From assembly GCF_009914755.1 (NCBI RefSeq), contig NC_060926.1: 64,000 nucleotides of DNA; one strand, written 5' to 3'. This DNA comes from the human T2T-CHM13v2.0 reference genome, Homo sapiens. Each line of letters begins with the position of its first letter. The stretch's first letter is position 1. The translations under genes and the position numbers were made by a program. Positions 27,923 through 43,000 of this stretch are shown here, one piece after another. The notes beneath the pieces were generated by a model. It made no database searches and was not told the DNA's origin. It worked only from the letters and a program-made list of their open reading frames with translations.

Positions 27923-28944
27923 TGTCTTAGGGTAAGGGAAGTATGAACGCTGGAAGCTTTGAAATTCCCTGGGCAGAGACCCATGGGCCATGAGGCTGTT
28001 TTCCCTCCTGTCCAGGACCCACCTCCTTTAGGACTGGAACAGTCAAAAACAAATTAAGCTTAGGGAATCCCTAAGGATCCCTCCATTAGGAAATTCAGGT
28101 TCCACCCTCCGTCTGTCATTGATAAGGACAGGGAACAGGTCCAGGCTCTCCATCAGGTCCAGGGCCTTCTTAGCATGAGACAACACCCAAACCAGCTTGT
28201 GCCAGACAGATTGTGTCCTCACTGCTTCCATTAAAGCCGACATGTCAGCGAACGCAGCTGTGGCAACTGCACGGACACAGCAGGAACTGGACTCTTGTTT
28301 CCCTTTCTGGTCTCTCAAATGGGACACATTTCCCTTTTCTGACTCAATCTTTTTTCAAATGTCTTACACTTTTCTGGTGGAAGGTGTTTCAACCTGTTCT
28401 ATTTCATAAAGGTCTCTCTAGACCCAGTATTTCCACTTGGGGCCTCAGAAATGCCTTACACATTATTAGGTTGCAAAGTTTCCTTATGGCTGAATTTAAA
28501 AATAGTGACTCTTATTTTTCAGGTTTCATTAAAAAATATGCAGCAAACTGGGAATGGCTTTGATTTAATGTTATACATTTGGTCACTTTACATTTCTACA
28601 TATATTGGGTACCAACTTTTGACAAAGAGCTCTAAGCCCAGTGGGATGTTCCTGGAATTTAAGTCATTAAATCAAGTTTTTTGGTTTCCTCAAGAACATC
28701 TCAAAGATTCCTTGACTATTAACATGCTATTTGTTTCTGAAACTAATCACTGGGTGTGTAATACAGCCACATTACTGTCTACTAATCAACAGGTAATACT
28801 GCAGATTTCCAAATGTGCCAAAACAGCTAAGCAAAAAGCATCATTCCAACACGTTTAATGACTGCTTTGGGAGCCCAACTTTAACAGGTATTAAAACCAC
28901 AGGACTCTCCACAGGAGTACATAGATGTGTGCTATTCACTAAAA

Positions 28945-29120
28945 TGTACGTGTGTGTGTGTTTGCAAGCATGTGCATGTGTGTATATTGTGACTGTGTGC
29001 ATGTGTGTGTATGCTTGTGCATGTGTTAGCATGTGCATGCACATGTGTGTTAGCGTGTTCATGTGTGTGTATATGTGAGTGTGTGCATATGTGTCTGTGT
29101 ACGTGTGTGAATGTGTGTAT
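28945..29120. repeat. Imperfect (TG/CA/TA)n alternating purine-pyrimidine tract
   Basis: About 175 bp of gtgtgtgcatgtgt-type sequence. Confidence 0.9.
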
Positions 29121-30619
29121 ATTTCCTAAACATATGTTTTTAGATAATTTCCCTGTTTTTTTTTTTTTTCAGTGAGACAGGCACAAAAGCAGTAGAGCTG
29201 TCCCACGTGGAATGGGCTATCTCGTGACACTGTGACCCCCTTTCTTTCACCCTGGGTCTTCAAAAAGAGAATGGATGACACTATGATGAGGAGGGGTCTC
29301 TATATTGGTGACAGGCCAAAATACAGGACTACCTACAGTCCTTTCGCAGTCCATAATCCTCAAGTCCCTCAGCTCTTCCATGTACCACCTTCTAGACTAC
29401 ACTTAAAATGCATCCTGAACGTTTGTAAAGTACCCTGAAGGAACCCATTCCAGTTCTGAATCCGATTACTAGGTTCAAGCCACACAAATAACAACAGTGC
29501 AGCTAGTCTGAGCTAGAGGCTTCTTTACCTAACTGCAAAGTAAATGTCCTTTCTATTCAGCCGCATCTAGCTCTTGACCCTATGTTTACCATAGATACCA
29601 GTTCTTCTCACTTAGATTCTCTGACTTATCAGAGTATTATAGAGCAAACATTAGCTATGCCTGTGACTTGAGTTGTGTCAATCTGTAATGAAAATGTGCC
29701 AGCTTTATCATCACTCACAGACTTCTTAATTAACCTTCTGATATTGTCAAAATCGCACTCTCTTTTGTTCTAGAAATGAGCATTTACATGTGCATTTTTT
29801 TTCCTTCATTGCTTTTTTACTGGCTGTTTTACCAAATCCTGATGTTCTTTAAAAAGTGTATTCTGCAAAAACAAAAGAAAGCAATAATTATAGACACTAC
29901 AATATAGAATTTCTTCCCTGAAACTCTCTCATGGTCCTTAGATTCCTTGATACTTCACCAGTGACTTTAATAACATCAATCACTCATTTTAAAACTCTTT
30001 TTTGATCAATGCTATCCTCTTAGAGCCTTGATTACTCAAACAACAGGTTACTAACTTCACCTTTTAAGAGTTCTCCTCCTAGGCTTTTTCTCAATAAAGG
30101 GAGGAAGTAGAGATGACATTTTGCGTGCCCCTTTATCTATAAAAATGCCAGCCACCAATCTGTCAGGCCTAAACAAAATTTTTCTGCAAGCTGTGTCTTT
30201 AACATAAGCAAAGCATATAATTCCAAAAAAAAAAAAATCTTGCTTTTCTGAAAAGCAACTAAGCCAAAGACATTGTGTTCCATCTTTGTGTTGAAATGCA
30301 GATTTCCCACTAAAAGGCAAATCCTTCATTTCAAAAGGTTGAATAGGATGGTACTTAAAAAAAGAATTCCAGCTGGTTAAATTTAGGGTGTTAAAAAAAG
30401 TTCACTCCAATAATATTCTTTGGCTCTGGGCCCAAAGTATTTTCACTTGATCGTGAATTAGATAAATTTTTATTACACTTTAAGCTTTTGCCTTAGAATG
30501 GCGGAACTTATCTAGGAGACTGAGAGGGCAGCTGCATAAAAAGACAAATTGTCTTAGGACAATTTTTTTTTGTTTGTTTAATCACATACCTCACTATGCA
30601 AAATGTGTGTTCCCAGGAT

Positions 30620-30960
30620 AAATTCCATTCATTCATTCTCTCATGCATTCATTCAACCTCTCATGCATTCATTCAACAAATATTTACCGAGTGCCTACAA
30701 TGCCCAAAGCAATGGGCTAGCCGCTGTGGGCAGTACAAAGAAAACACGGACACAGATTTCTCCCACAGCAGGCTTCATTTAGTAGAAAAGGTAAGGCCTG
30801 CACAGAAATTGCTCTACCCCCATGTAGAAAGTGTGTCATGAGAGAGGTACAGATGAGCTGCTATGGAAATTCAAAGGAAGAGAAATTATTTCCATTTGGA
30901 AGGGAGGGAGAGAGGCTTTGGGAAAGAGGAAAACTTATGAGTTAAACCTGGAGAGCCAAG
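30620..30960 (-). mobile_element. L2 3'-end fragment
   Basis: cattcattcaacaaatatttaccgagtgcctac... is a reverse L2 tail. Confidence 0.75.
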
Positions 30961-33368
30961 AGAAAGGATATCCTAGATAAAAAGAAAAAGCAGGTAAAGA
31001 TGCTTAGAGAGAAGCAAAGCCCAAGGTGGGCACAGAGTAAATGGGGCCCAATAGGCGGTTACATTCACATCAAAATATTGCACACTGATTCATCCAGTTG
31101 ACAGCGGAGGATACGACCATCTAAATAAATCCTCTGAAGATTTCTGTGACATCTTCAGCTTTCACAAGTGCGTATTTTCCAATTTCACATTTTCTGAAAA
31201 TAAGGGACACAACCATGTGGACTCTTGTGAAACTCCATGAAGGTTCATCTGTTCTGTTTTCCCCCCACCTCAATTGTTTCTTCCCCCAATGAATGTGGGT
31301 GGCCCGCTAAGGCAAAATTTACTATGTTTTATTCCTCTGAGTCAGACAAACAAGTGTTGATAGCCATGTTCTTCCTTGCAATACTGCCTCCCTGGCTTAA
31401 ATAATCTATTTCAGATGTCTCATTGCCAGTTTAAGATGGGCTTGTACTTGCTGACACATTTTCAACAAATGACTGTGCAAGAAACATTGAGATTTTCCTA
31501 CACTACTTTGTCTCTTCAATCATCAACTTGACCATCCCTCCAAATCTCCCCTCTTTCTTCTTTTCAAAGCCATGGGGAGGATAGGGGTGCCCTTACTCCT
31601 GCTCTGAGTCCTCAGCTGAGGATCTTGTTTGTGTGTAGTGGGGGCAGGGGGAGGGGTGTAGCCTTGCCTCTATCCGAGGTATTTATCAGGTTATTTGGGA
31701 GCTACTTTCAGAGATGCCCTTGCTCTATGTATTCCCACTGCCACCACTCCCCGGATTCTTTTCTTCCTTTAGGAAGCAGGGACTTGTTCCTCTGGAGAGA
31801 CTGCTAGAGGAAAGTCAGGAACCTAAGTTCTGCAACCCCAACTCTGCCACTCACCAGCTGTTTCGTGACTTTGAATAAATCCTTTCTTTCTGGCCCTAAG
31901 TGTTTCCATCTTTAAAAGGAGAAGACTGGATTAGATGGGGTGGCTTCTCTCTCCTGCCTCCCATGCAAGTCCAGGCCTCCTTTGGACCAACCAAGAGACC
32001 TACTATAGGCCGTGCTAGAAGCTGGCCAGGATACACCTGTTCCCCTCATGACCTTGACCTGGATGAGGAGGGCCTTATAGGAGAGTTCAGGGCTGGGCTT
32101 GGTCCCCAGGCTAATCCTTAGGCTTAGAGAGTGAGCCTGATGATGGATTTCAACCTCCTGGGACACAGTCTTGCAAAGTTTACATGTCTGAGCTTCAAGG
32201 AGGAAACCTAGGTGTGTCCTGAGCCAATGAGACTGAAGGTCAGAGAACCAGGAAGAAACTTCCCCAAACCCAGGCTAAATGTCAAGGGAAAAGGTCTCAG
32301 TGGCTCATGCCAGAAGTCCAGTAGCAAAGCTCGGCCTCATGCCAGAGCCTGGCACCCATTGCTCACAAAGGCACACACAGGACTCTAAGAAAAGGGAGTC
32401 CTCTCCCCAGCCACCACAAACCAGGACAGCAAAGCCCAGCACCCTGTGGTCCTTGACCTCCCACCACACCCCATCAGCATGGAGGGTTCTTGGAAAGCCA
32501 TGTGTGAAATGAATTTCTGTAAAATAAATCATATTTGCTAACCAACATAATTTCAGAGATGTTTCGTCACCCTTCCAGGCTCATTGAAAATTGGCAGGGC
32601 TTCTAACATTTTACCTTTTAAGTGTGTCTTCCTTCCCCCAACCCCCAATATCCTCTCTGTCAAGTAGTTAATGATCTGTAAACAAACACTTTAAATTCAG
32701 TGGGGGAGCTCACTATTTAAAGAAACCCTGTGGTGAAACCTTTTGAAAAGTTAACAATCTTTCTGTAATGTGAAAAATCACTCTCTAATTTATCAGTTTC
32801 CATTAATGAGATTTTTGTGTGTATTGGGCCTTCTGAAAGTGGGGCTCAACTGCAATCCATGCCTTTGTAGTTAGAAGGGACGATAAAAGACACTGCCCTG
32901 AACATATTTCTGTCACCCGAATTGTCCAGCTTCACACAAACGTATCACAAACACCCCGATGCCTCCCTGCCCCACTCGAGAAATGAAGAAAAGGATGGGA
33001 AATCATCATTTGGACACCTGGAAAGCCTTGCAAACCACACTTGCGTTTCTCCCAGGTTAAGTATTAGATACCTGAGGAAGGTGAAATACGCATTTTCAAC
33101 TGAGCATTCAGGAAGAGGCATGGGGCTGTGAAGATGGATGCGATGAGAATGATCATTTGCAAACGTTTGATTCTGATAACACCTGCCAGAGCAGAGAAGG
33201 GCTTGTCTATCAAAGCCAGCAGAACACACAACTCCCAAATTACTCTGAAGACCACCCCAAGCCTTTTTATCTGCATCAACTCACAACAAATGTGCTTTAT
33301 GCCTCTATATTATCATTTCGATCGGTCTTGAGAAAATACTAGAATAAGCTAAAGAAAACCAAACATGG

Positions 33369-33543
33369 GTGGAGGGGCAAGGGGAGGGATAGCATTAGGA
33401 GAAATGCCTAATGTAGATGATGGGTTGATAGGTGCAGCAAACCACCATGGTACATGTATACTTATGTAACAAACCTGCACATTCTGCACATGTATCCCAG
33501 AACTTAGAGTAAAATAAATAAATAAAGAAAGAAAGAAAGAAAT
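33369..33543 (+). mobile_element. Heavily 5'-truncated L1PA 3' end
   Basis: GGGATAGCATTAGGAGAAATGCCTAATGTAGATG...AACCTGCACATTCTGCACATGTATCCCAGAACTT, A-rich tail, TSD aa(c/t)caaacatgg at 33357-33368 and 33544-33555. Confidence 0.92.
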
Positions 33544-33873
33544 AATCAAACATGGTGTTTCCAAGAGACTCCTGATGTTTTGTTCGTGGGCACTGTGGAA
33601 ACAGGGGCAGTGGTGCTGTGAGAGACAAGGGAGTGGGGAGCCATGGTCAGCAAGTGTGGGCAGCCCCAGCGACACTGCAGCCCGGCCAGGTGGAGGGCTT
33701 TCCTGACTTATCATCCAAGACTGGTCTGTGCACGGAGAAGGGGCCAGAAGAACAGGCAGCCCCAGGAAGGCTCTGTCAGGCCTCCCCCAAGGCCAACAAG
33801 CCCAGAGGAGGGCAAGGCCTCCAACTCTAGCCCTTCTTAAGGAAGCACATCTGTCCTGGCCTTTATGGAAAGC

Positions 33874-34095
33874 TTTTTTTTTTTTTTTTTTAATTGAGAC
33901 ATGGTCTCACTCTGTTGCCCAGGCTGGAGTGCAGTGGTGCAATCTTGGCTCACTGCAACCTCCGCCTCCCGAGTTCAAGCAGTCCTCCTGCCTCAGCTCT
34001 CAAGTAGCTAGGACTACAGGCATGCGCCACCACCACACCTGGCTAATTTTTGTATTTTTTGTAGAGATGGGATCTCACCATGTTGCCCAGGCTGG
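33874..34095 (-). mobile_element. 5'-truncated Alu
   Basis: Poly(T), right monomer and part of the left monomer. Confidence 0.9.
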
Positions 34096-37000
34096 GTGGA
34101 AAGTGTTATGTTCTTCCCAAAGTACTCTCCTCACATCCTGCCCCAACAGTCGCCCTGTGGAATGAGGGAAGGTATTAGCCTCACCTCCCAGTGAGGAACT
34201 CGAAGATCTCAGAAGTGTCCTGCTGTGGACAGGGAGGACAGGGCTGGGCTTCAGGACCCTGCCCACCTTCTGACAAACCCCTCCCACTGCCACCTCAGGG
34301 CCGCGGCAGAAACCTGTCGTCTGGACACTGGTCATACAGCCCCTTTCAGGCAATCTCCTCACTTGCCTTTCTGGCACTATTGAGTGACTGGTGTGTGGAC
34401 TTCAGGGGAAGCGTGGAAGGCACTTCACAGGCCTAATACTCTGTGACAGTCTTGGCCAAGAGATTCTGAGAACCAGAACTGGCCATTCTCCAGAATTAAA
34501 ACCTATTATGTCCTATGGTTAACACAGAGCTGCTCAGAAATTATGAGAACTAATTTAAGGCTTCAAAGCTCTACCAAAAAAAATGGTCTAGCAGGTCAGG
34601 CTCTAACATTTCTTCAGGAATAAAACTAGGCTGCCCTCTCGCCTGAGGTGAGGCTGAATGAAGGAGCGCTCTGGTGCTGCGAGGCCAGGCCTCCTCCCAT
34701 GACGGCAAGTCCTTCTTTCAGAAAACAGGCCTCTGCCCGGGGCATGCTGCAGCTGCTTCTCTGCAGTGCCTCAGCACCTTCCCGCCTCCCAGGCACACAG
34801 CAGCCCAGCCTCAGTCCTCATCTCTCTGGCAAAGTCCCACAGAACAAAACACAGGCCTTGGCTTTGACGTGCTTTGTTTTTTGTTTTTTTTTTTTCCCTC
34901 CTCCCTGGCTTTTTACCCAATTTCCTAATCCTTCATTTATACCACTGACCAATCTGGAAAGAGTTCCCTGAGCAAATTGGAGATGCCCGCAGATACAACC
35001 TGCCATCATTGGAGCAGCCTCAGTCCAGCCATGGGGTGTGGCACTGCCGTCTGTTCTTGGCTCTACTAATTCTGCTGATTCCATATGAGTAACATCCAAT
35101 GTTCCCAGACACCTCCAAGCTCCTCCAACCAACAGCACAACATCTTCAACTCCTTTCTACCCACCTAGCAGGTCCACGTGGGGACTCAGCCTATGGACAC
35201 CTGGCCTCTGCGGGCACAGCGGCCACACACCACGGTGGGACCCGGAGACCATTTTTTGTTTTGAGTCTCTCTAAGACTGCTTGGGAAATGAGGTCTCTCA
35301 GGTCTAGCATTTCCACGCAGTCCCAACCATGAGGCTGACCAGAGGCCACCAACGTCAAGCTCTCTCAGGTCTACTAGGAACAGGAAAGAATAACTCTCCC
35401 TTAACAAGCCCCTCAGGCTGAAATCCTTTTGCTTCCAGGGCCTCAACCTTCTACTGCTGGGTAGAAAGCCCCCTCTGTCACCGGCCCACAGATCTCAGCT
35501 GCCATCGCACTCAAACCCTGTCAGGCGGTGGAGAGTGTGGACGGCAGGCTGACGCGGTTTCAAAGAGGCCGACCAGGCAAGAACCGTCCTGTACTCCTGC
35601 CCCAGCTCTAATGCAATAAAATGTCTTTTATCAATGTAATTCAAGGCAAAGAGTCAAGGGTCTGTCACCATTTTAAAGAGGCTTATTACATGGCCACAAA
35701 AATTTGCCTCAGGCTCAAACCTGGCATGTAAGGTATCAGCGTGGGACAGGTTCTTTTGATTTTATTTTATTTTCTTACAAAATCTGAAAATGAAACGCTT
35801 CTGTCCCTCCCTTCCACCAACCGTTTTTTGATTTATGGGGAGGAGGAAAGAAATCTGAAGTTGACAGGTTGGGACAACTCCACTCAGCTTTCTCACTCAA
35901 AAGCTGCTTTTGTTAAATCATACTTTGCATTTATGGCCTGCGGCTCTTGGCTGACTTTGGCGGCTCCTCCGGTGTGGAGCAAGCTGTGGACTTCCCCGGG
36001 AGGAGGCCCCACTGAGATGACTGCCCCACTCTGCACCAAGGACAGCGAGGAGGGGGGAAGGTGGGGGTGGAGGAGCTGGAGGCCAGGGGGCTGGGGACAT
36101 GAAGGCACTGGCTAGGTAACACAAAGGCCTGTAAAGGATATGTCTCTCTTCTGAACCTGGCTCTCCACTCCATTTCTCCTGGATCCAAGTCTCCCTGTAA
36201 TCAGCATGTATCTACCACTGGTTCTCCAACTAAAAGTTCAAGGCTTCTAAGAACCAAGACTCAGTGGTCTACCTCTGACTGTCCAGCACCATGCTGGGCA
36301 AAGAAGAGCCCCTCAATAAATAATTAGGATTCAAGCGCTGTGCAGTGAACTTTTCTTCCTGTTGGAGGGCCATTCTAAATGACCTGGCTGGAAGGACCAG
36401 GCCATGGAGCCAGCAGTGACCAGGGGAAACCTTCCCTAGTAAATGATTCACTAACCAAGGAGCCTCTGGGTCAGCCTTGACCCAGGAGAGGATTACAGCC
36501 CCTTGAAAGTGGCTGCTGGTCCATCGCTTCACTGTACTATTTTGGCAATCTGTAATAGTGTATTTACTCAATGGTTGTTATGGACAATCAGGTTAATCAT
36601 TCACTTTCCAAATGCTGTGTAATTACACAGTTAAAAGAGCTACAGCGGATGTCAAATTTCCTTAAGTCTTCTGATGAATTGGTCTCAATTACTAGTCTGG
36701 GTCCCTTTCTTCCTTCCTCTCTCAATTTGTTTTAGCAATCCTCCACATTTTCCTCTATTCTCATCCCCTACCTGCACCCCCATCTCTGTCCCAAGAGAAA
36801 GAACAGTGTGAAGTACCTCCGCTTGAATAATCCTATTTTTGAACTCATAGTTCTAAATAGTTTTTGCTCCACTAAAAGGGCTTAAAAATAAGGCTAGGAA
36901 GCTAGACCTGGGAGGGGCATTACAGGCTGGCTGGAAGCCCCCAGCTGCCTCCCTGCCTCAGATGCAGGGAGAACACCTGCAGCCACCCACACCTTGTCAC

Positions 37001-40000
37001 CCAAGTTGCACTAGATCCTGGTACAGCCCAGTGGTGGCCGCAGCTCAGGGAAGAAAGAAGGCAAAGCCCTGCTGTGCTCAAGGAGATTGAGGCTTCCCAG
37101 CCCCAAAACTGGGAAGGGCCCTGGAATGGGATATCCCCTCCCCTCCCAGCACCCCATTCCCAAACCTAGCCACCCATCTCTACTTGGGACATGCTGGAAG
37201 GCAAGAAGAGAGAAACAAGTAACTCCTTGAAAACAAAAATGAAGCAGGGATCCTAGGAAAAGTAAAAACATTCAGAACCCAGGGCCTTCTCTCTGTCTCC
37301 CACGACCTACACCAGGCCCTTCGCACCTCTGCTTTGCGGCTTTAACGCACTACACCCCACCCACCACAAGCACATATACATGCTCTCAGGAGTCAGAGGG
37401 TCACCCAGGGCTAGAACTTAAGCCACCCAGCCCACAAGCTGGCAGGTGAAGGAGGACAGGGATCAAGGTGACAGTGCTGTCCACGCTGGCCCCTGGCTAA
37501 GAGCAACTGCAGCAGAAACAGTGTTTCTTCTCCATTTCCATGGCTCGTGAATTTTTTTGTCTTGTTTTTCTTGACGCTCCACCCCCTACATCTTTCTTTT
37601 CCCCACATGCTCCAGCACATACAACTCAGGGCTCCAGTGTTTTAAGGGCATTTTTTTTCCACAAGTGAGATTAATTTTCTAACAGAACCCTAGTACATTC
37701 TGTGTGATGGTGGGAGAGCCTTTTGACCATCACAGTGTCCTGGAATGAGCTCAGCATGCTCTCTGGGAAGTGAATTGGGAAAGTGAATGGGGAAAAGCCT
37801 CAACACACAGACAGCCCCATGGAAAATTCTCCAGCTCAGGAAACCCACCTAGGTATAGAGACCTTCTCCGGAACCTCTGGTCTGTTCTAGTCCTGCTGTC
37901 AAAAGAAAGGGGTTGGACTGATGTTTCCCAGTGGAGGGCTTGTTTGTCATTTTTGGACCTAACATCCAGTTCATCAAGGTCACTTCTGACTCCCAGGAAG
38001 AGAGGCAGACCTGTTAAGGGGCGGGTGGTTTGAGCCACTTAGGACATTTTGGACATTTTGCATCTCTCATGATTCTATCTTGAGAGTTTAGTTTGGTTGG
38101 AGTTTAGTTTTTGAGTTTTTTGTTCGGGTTGTGGTTTCTCTTCCTCCATTAAAAAAAAAAATTGGAGCTGTATTTCTGTTTCCTGTTCACGGAGCGGACA
38201 GAAGGAGGGTGTGCAGTGGAGGAGGTGTGTGGGGAGGAGGCTGATACATGGAGCAGAGCCGAGAATATCCGGAACTGGAGAAAAGTGAGAAATGGAGCTT
38301 TTTTCTTGGCTTCCAAACAGTTGTAATTTCCACTGCCACTGCTTAGTTCCTGGGCACCAGGCATACAGAGTGGGAAAGGGGCATGTGACAACTTTGCCAC
38401 AAATCAGGATTTGGCATTTAAATCCACAGGAAGCAAGAAGAATAGAGGGACTGCTTATTTATAGATTTGCAGATGAATGAGATAACCAAAATGCACTTCT
38501 CGCGTATGTGAAGGAGCAATTCCATTTTCAGACTTGGAAAGTTCTCCATAATTAAGTATCACCCAACCCTGAAAGCACACTGCATCCCAAGGTTAAGATC
38601 AGCTTCCTGAAAACAGGGCAGAAGACTGCTGCTTCAGTGGTAGCTCAAAAATTCTATTTTGAAGGACAGGTTAGTACCACACTACATTTAACTGGATTCA
38701 GTTCATGTGATTATACAGTGCCTTGCTTTCTAGAATGTGTAATCATCTCTTTCTGATGACATTTTAAATATCCAACTAGACAAATAATTGCAGCAATAAT
38801 TGATAGCAGAGTCAAGCTGGAAGATCATTGATTGGCAGAGTCCCCACTGAAACAAATCTTTCTTTCAAACATTACAGAAATGATGATGTTTAAGTCTAAC
38901 TTTTGCTGATAAATGCTCAAAATCTGATTTACTGATAAAGGCACTGCAAGAAAACCTGCACTTCAGCCCATGATTACTTTGCGAGATGTTTGAGAAGAAT
39001 CAGGCAGTGTGATTTATATTATTTCCCATGAATAACTGCAAGGATAGTGTGGGTAGTTGGAGGAGAATCAACACAGGCGAGAGAAGTGTTGCTCCTTAAT
39101 GCTACACTTCCTGAACAATGCTAGCCAACAATCAGGGTTTACAGCCGTTTTCCCCTCTAATATATATCCCGTGGTAGAGAAATGGTCTTGACAAGGGGAA
39201 GACCAGGAAAAGAAGACACACAAATAATCAGCTCCATTCAGGCCTTTGAAAAGTGGTTTAAATCGATGCCTCAAATTGGGACTCAAATTCCCCTGCCCAG
39301 TGCAAAGATCCCTGGCCAAGGTCAGAAGACTTGAGACCAGGCAAGTCCCAAATGATCTCAGGCAAGTCCCCAGGTATAGCTGCAGTCCCTTTAGCCCCAG
39401 TCTGTTTCTCTGTCCAAGGCAGAACCCAAATCAACTGCTGTCTATGTCATGTGTTTTGATTGTAATATTTAAGTTAGGGCACTGTGTTCAACAACTCAGA
39501 CCCTGTGGAATGCTGCAATTGTCAGAAATAACTCAAGAGAGGATGCTCGTCTCCAGGAAACATCAAATGAATGAGCTGGCATATTAGCAGACGTGGATTA
39601 CAGTAAGGAAAATCTAAAACAGAAGATGTATCTGGATGCTTCAGCAGACAACAAAGGAAGAATTTGGGGACTGGGTCTAAGCACTCGCCCAAAGCACTAG
39701 AAGGAGGATTTCTTTTTATTTTTCTTTCCTATTTTTGTTCTTCTGGTTGTTCTTTCTTTCTTCCTTTTCTCCCTTTTTTTCTTTCCTTCTTTTTCTTTCT
39801 TGGTTGCTTTTTTTCCCCCTTTGAAACTGAACCATTATAAATGAGTTGGTCTCATAGCTTCTGTTAAAAATCAGAAGCTTGTTAGATGTAATGATTATCT
39901 GCATTGTGACACTTACCGCGTATGAGGGGTCTTGTCGAACAGCTTTACTCTAATTTAGAGCTCCTCTGTTAATTAGAAAGCCCTCAGATTTTCTGCAAAT

Positions 40001-43000
40001 GCAGGTCACTATCGACAGCTCATGCTTTTGATGCTTCGTCTGTGACAGTTGTTGGGTTGCCCTTCTAGGAGCTGGCAGGGTTGTCCAGACTCTGACAGTG
40101 TCAGAAAATGCAGTCACCACGGCTGCTTCACAGGAAGTTACACGCAAGGTCCGCACACAGTCAGTTTCCCTGTAGCCCAGAAGCCTGATGAAATCTGCAC
40201 TCACATTCAGCTGAAAATAGCTCGAATTCCAACCCTCTCTCCCCCTGCCTCCTCTCTTCCCCTTTTCCTCCTTTCTACTTCCTTGCCTCTCTTTCTCCAA
40301 CCTCTGTTTCCAGCATCTTCTTTCTCATCTTCTCTCTCTTTAGTCCTCAACAACTGGGGTCCTCTGCTGTCAAAAACAGCCACATTCACCAGAAAGGGAA
40401 GTAGGTTTTACAGATAAACCGGGTTGCTTTTCACTGAAACAGCAGTGATTGTGGAACAGAAACTCTCCCCTCCCTGCCTTTTAAATAATATTTCCTATTT
40501 TTTTGCACCGGTCAGCAGCCGCACCTGGTGAGGCTGAGGTCAAGGCTGTACTTCCAACATGGCTCACGTGTTTTTTCTTAAGAGAAGGGGGAATTTGGAG
40601 GGGGGCAAAAAAAGAAGGAGAAAGAGAGGAAAGGTTAACCACTCGAGAAAAAATGCACATGGGCTGAGGTTTCCTGCCCTTATCACCATTCCAGTATAAA
40701 ACCTCAAATTATGGGAATTCTCACTTAGGAACACCTCATTATGGAACATATGTGCTGGGGGTCTGGGGAGATGGGAGAAGGGGTGTGTGTTCATGACCAT
40801 GTGTGTAAACTTGTGTGCTCCAAATTTTATCAAGTTCAAGCCAAAAAGAAATCCTCTGTGGCACTTGTTTAGGACTTAAAAAAAAAAAAAAAAAACCAAC
40901 CAACCAAACAAAAAACAGTATTTAAATCAAAATAGGAAATACAAAAAACAATTTGTACACCCTCACCACCACCACCAAGGCATAGCCTTGGAAGAAAAAG
41001 GCATCCCTTGCAGCCACAATTTCGCAAGTTGACCTTTTCACCAGGCCAGTGCCTAATTTCCTAAACAGGCCCCTTCTTCCTTGAAGTCACTGCAAATAAA
41101 TGCAGTCATCCAGAGTGTAATGGAAGTCTGGCCTTGGAGTTACTGGCTTATGAAATGCAATGGGATGAGGTGGGGTGAGAGGCCATAGCCCAGACTGAAT
41201 GGCACAGTGACCAGGTAGGGTGGAGCAAGGCCACTCCAGCAAGAATGCCAAGGATAGCCTGCAGTGGGTTATTAGCCCCAGCAGGGCCCATGCCTCTACG
41301 GCCATGTTGCTGTCATCTTCGTTCTTGGCTAGCAGATGCTAGTCCCAGGAATGTCCTCCATGCCTTTAAGCTAACTGCAAAAACAGAACGGTGTGAGCCA
41401 GGGCAGACCCCATACTCTTTTATATTCTACCTATAAGGGAAAAATAAACCTAGACCTGGAAAACAATGTGTAAAGTGGCAAAAGCCAATCAACTCATTTA
41501 AAAAGAAAAACCCTCCATCCAACGTCACGAAGCTGCTGAATATTAGGTTCCTGGGAAGCTGTCCCAGCAACCTAGATATGAGAAACAACGCTTGCTATTC
41601 TGGGGTGAGAAGTGAAGTTGCCTTTCACTCGGGACTGTCAAACACAGTCTATAAATACCAGCAATGCCCCTTGTGAACTACGGGCTGAGCTCAACCCAGA
41701 GAAGGCAAGTGTTTCCCAAAGGTCACACAGCAATTCCAGGTCCCCCAGAAGTAGCCCTTCACCAGATGGATCCCATCACCAGATAGCTCTTGGAAATAAT
41801 ACATTGCTGCATCTGATTCTCATTTTCAACAAGAAGGCTGAGGAATGAGATTGCACATTTTAGTTTCCTTCCCCAACTTTCTTTCTCCAACCTTCTGCTC
41901 TGGTTCTCCTCTCCCCCACCACACGTACAAAAAAAAATCTTTTTAGTATGTTTAGGGATCTATTTCCATATCTACCCAAAATCTCCAAGCCCCTTGTTCT
42001 ATCAGCAGGTCAAGAGTAGAGAACTGTGACAAGCTGTTCTCCATTCTGAAATGGATTTGACTGAACAGCTGCTGAAAGGCAAGACATCCTAGGGAGACTG
42101 GTACTGGGGATTTCAGGGTCCTTGTTCTGTGGGTGGACCATGGCTCCTTTCCAGAGAATGACTTGTGATTTGTTCTCTCTCCTACACATCAAAGTGAGAC
42201 ACCAATCACAGCTCTACTGGCCCACCTTGCCCCACCTCCAATTTGGCAACTTTGCCTCCTTCTCACACAATGAGAAAGAACGGATAGCCAAATTCTAAGA
42301 GTTCACTTTCTGCACATATGTGTAGTTAAGTACTGAAGTGAGAAATTCAAGAAAACTATACTTAGGCACACACACACACATTTTGAGAGATAATTTCTAA
42401 AGACCTACCAATCTAAGATACTGAAAGAAAATGGCTACATCAGGCCCAGAAAAGCCTTGAAATTTTCCCTATCCACAGACCACAGCCCTGTGATGGACAT
42501 GAGATCCTCTGGCTTTGAGATGAATAATGCACAGAAATGAGCAGCATGATGGATTAGCTGGCAGATTATTACCAGACATGTGAACATGCCAACTCAACAT
42601 CAGGATTGGGCCTGAAACTTCTCTCAGGAAGGCCTTGATAGCATTAGATGGTTGACAGAGGTATTACAGTGTGACAGAGTCTGAGCCCACAGTCTGAGAA
42701 TGACCACATCCCTTCCCAGGGAGACGTTCCCACTCAACACCCTGGGAAGACTACTGCGAATCACTCTGTCTCTCAAACCTGGCCATGGCTCAGCCCACGC
42801 CCTTTCATGTATTTGCCCTTTTCCCTGCTAACAGAAATGGAATCAGAACAAATTAATATTTAATTTTAAGATTACTATTCTATCAGAATAAAAAAGACTC
42901 GGGAGATTCAAAGCGAAGGCAAATGCCCCTCCTTTAAGTCTAACGTTGCTATTCAGGCATTTAGGAGCGCTAGACACAGTGAGTTTCCCTGCCTCCAACC

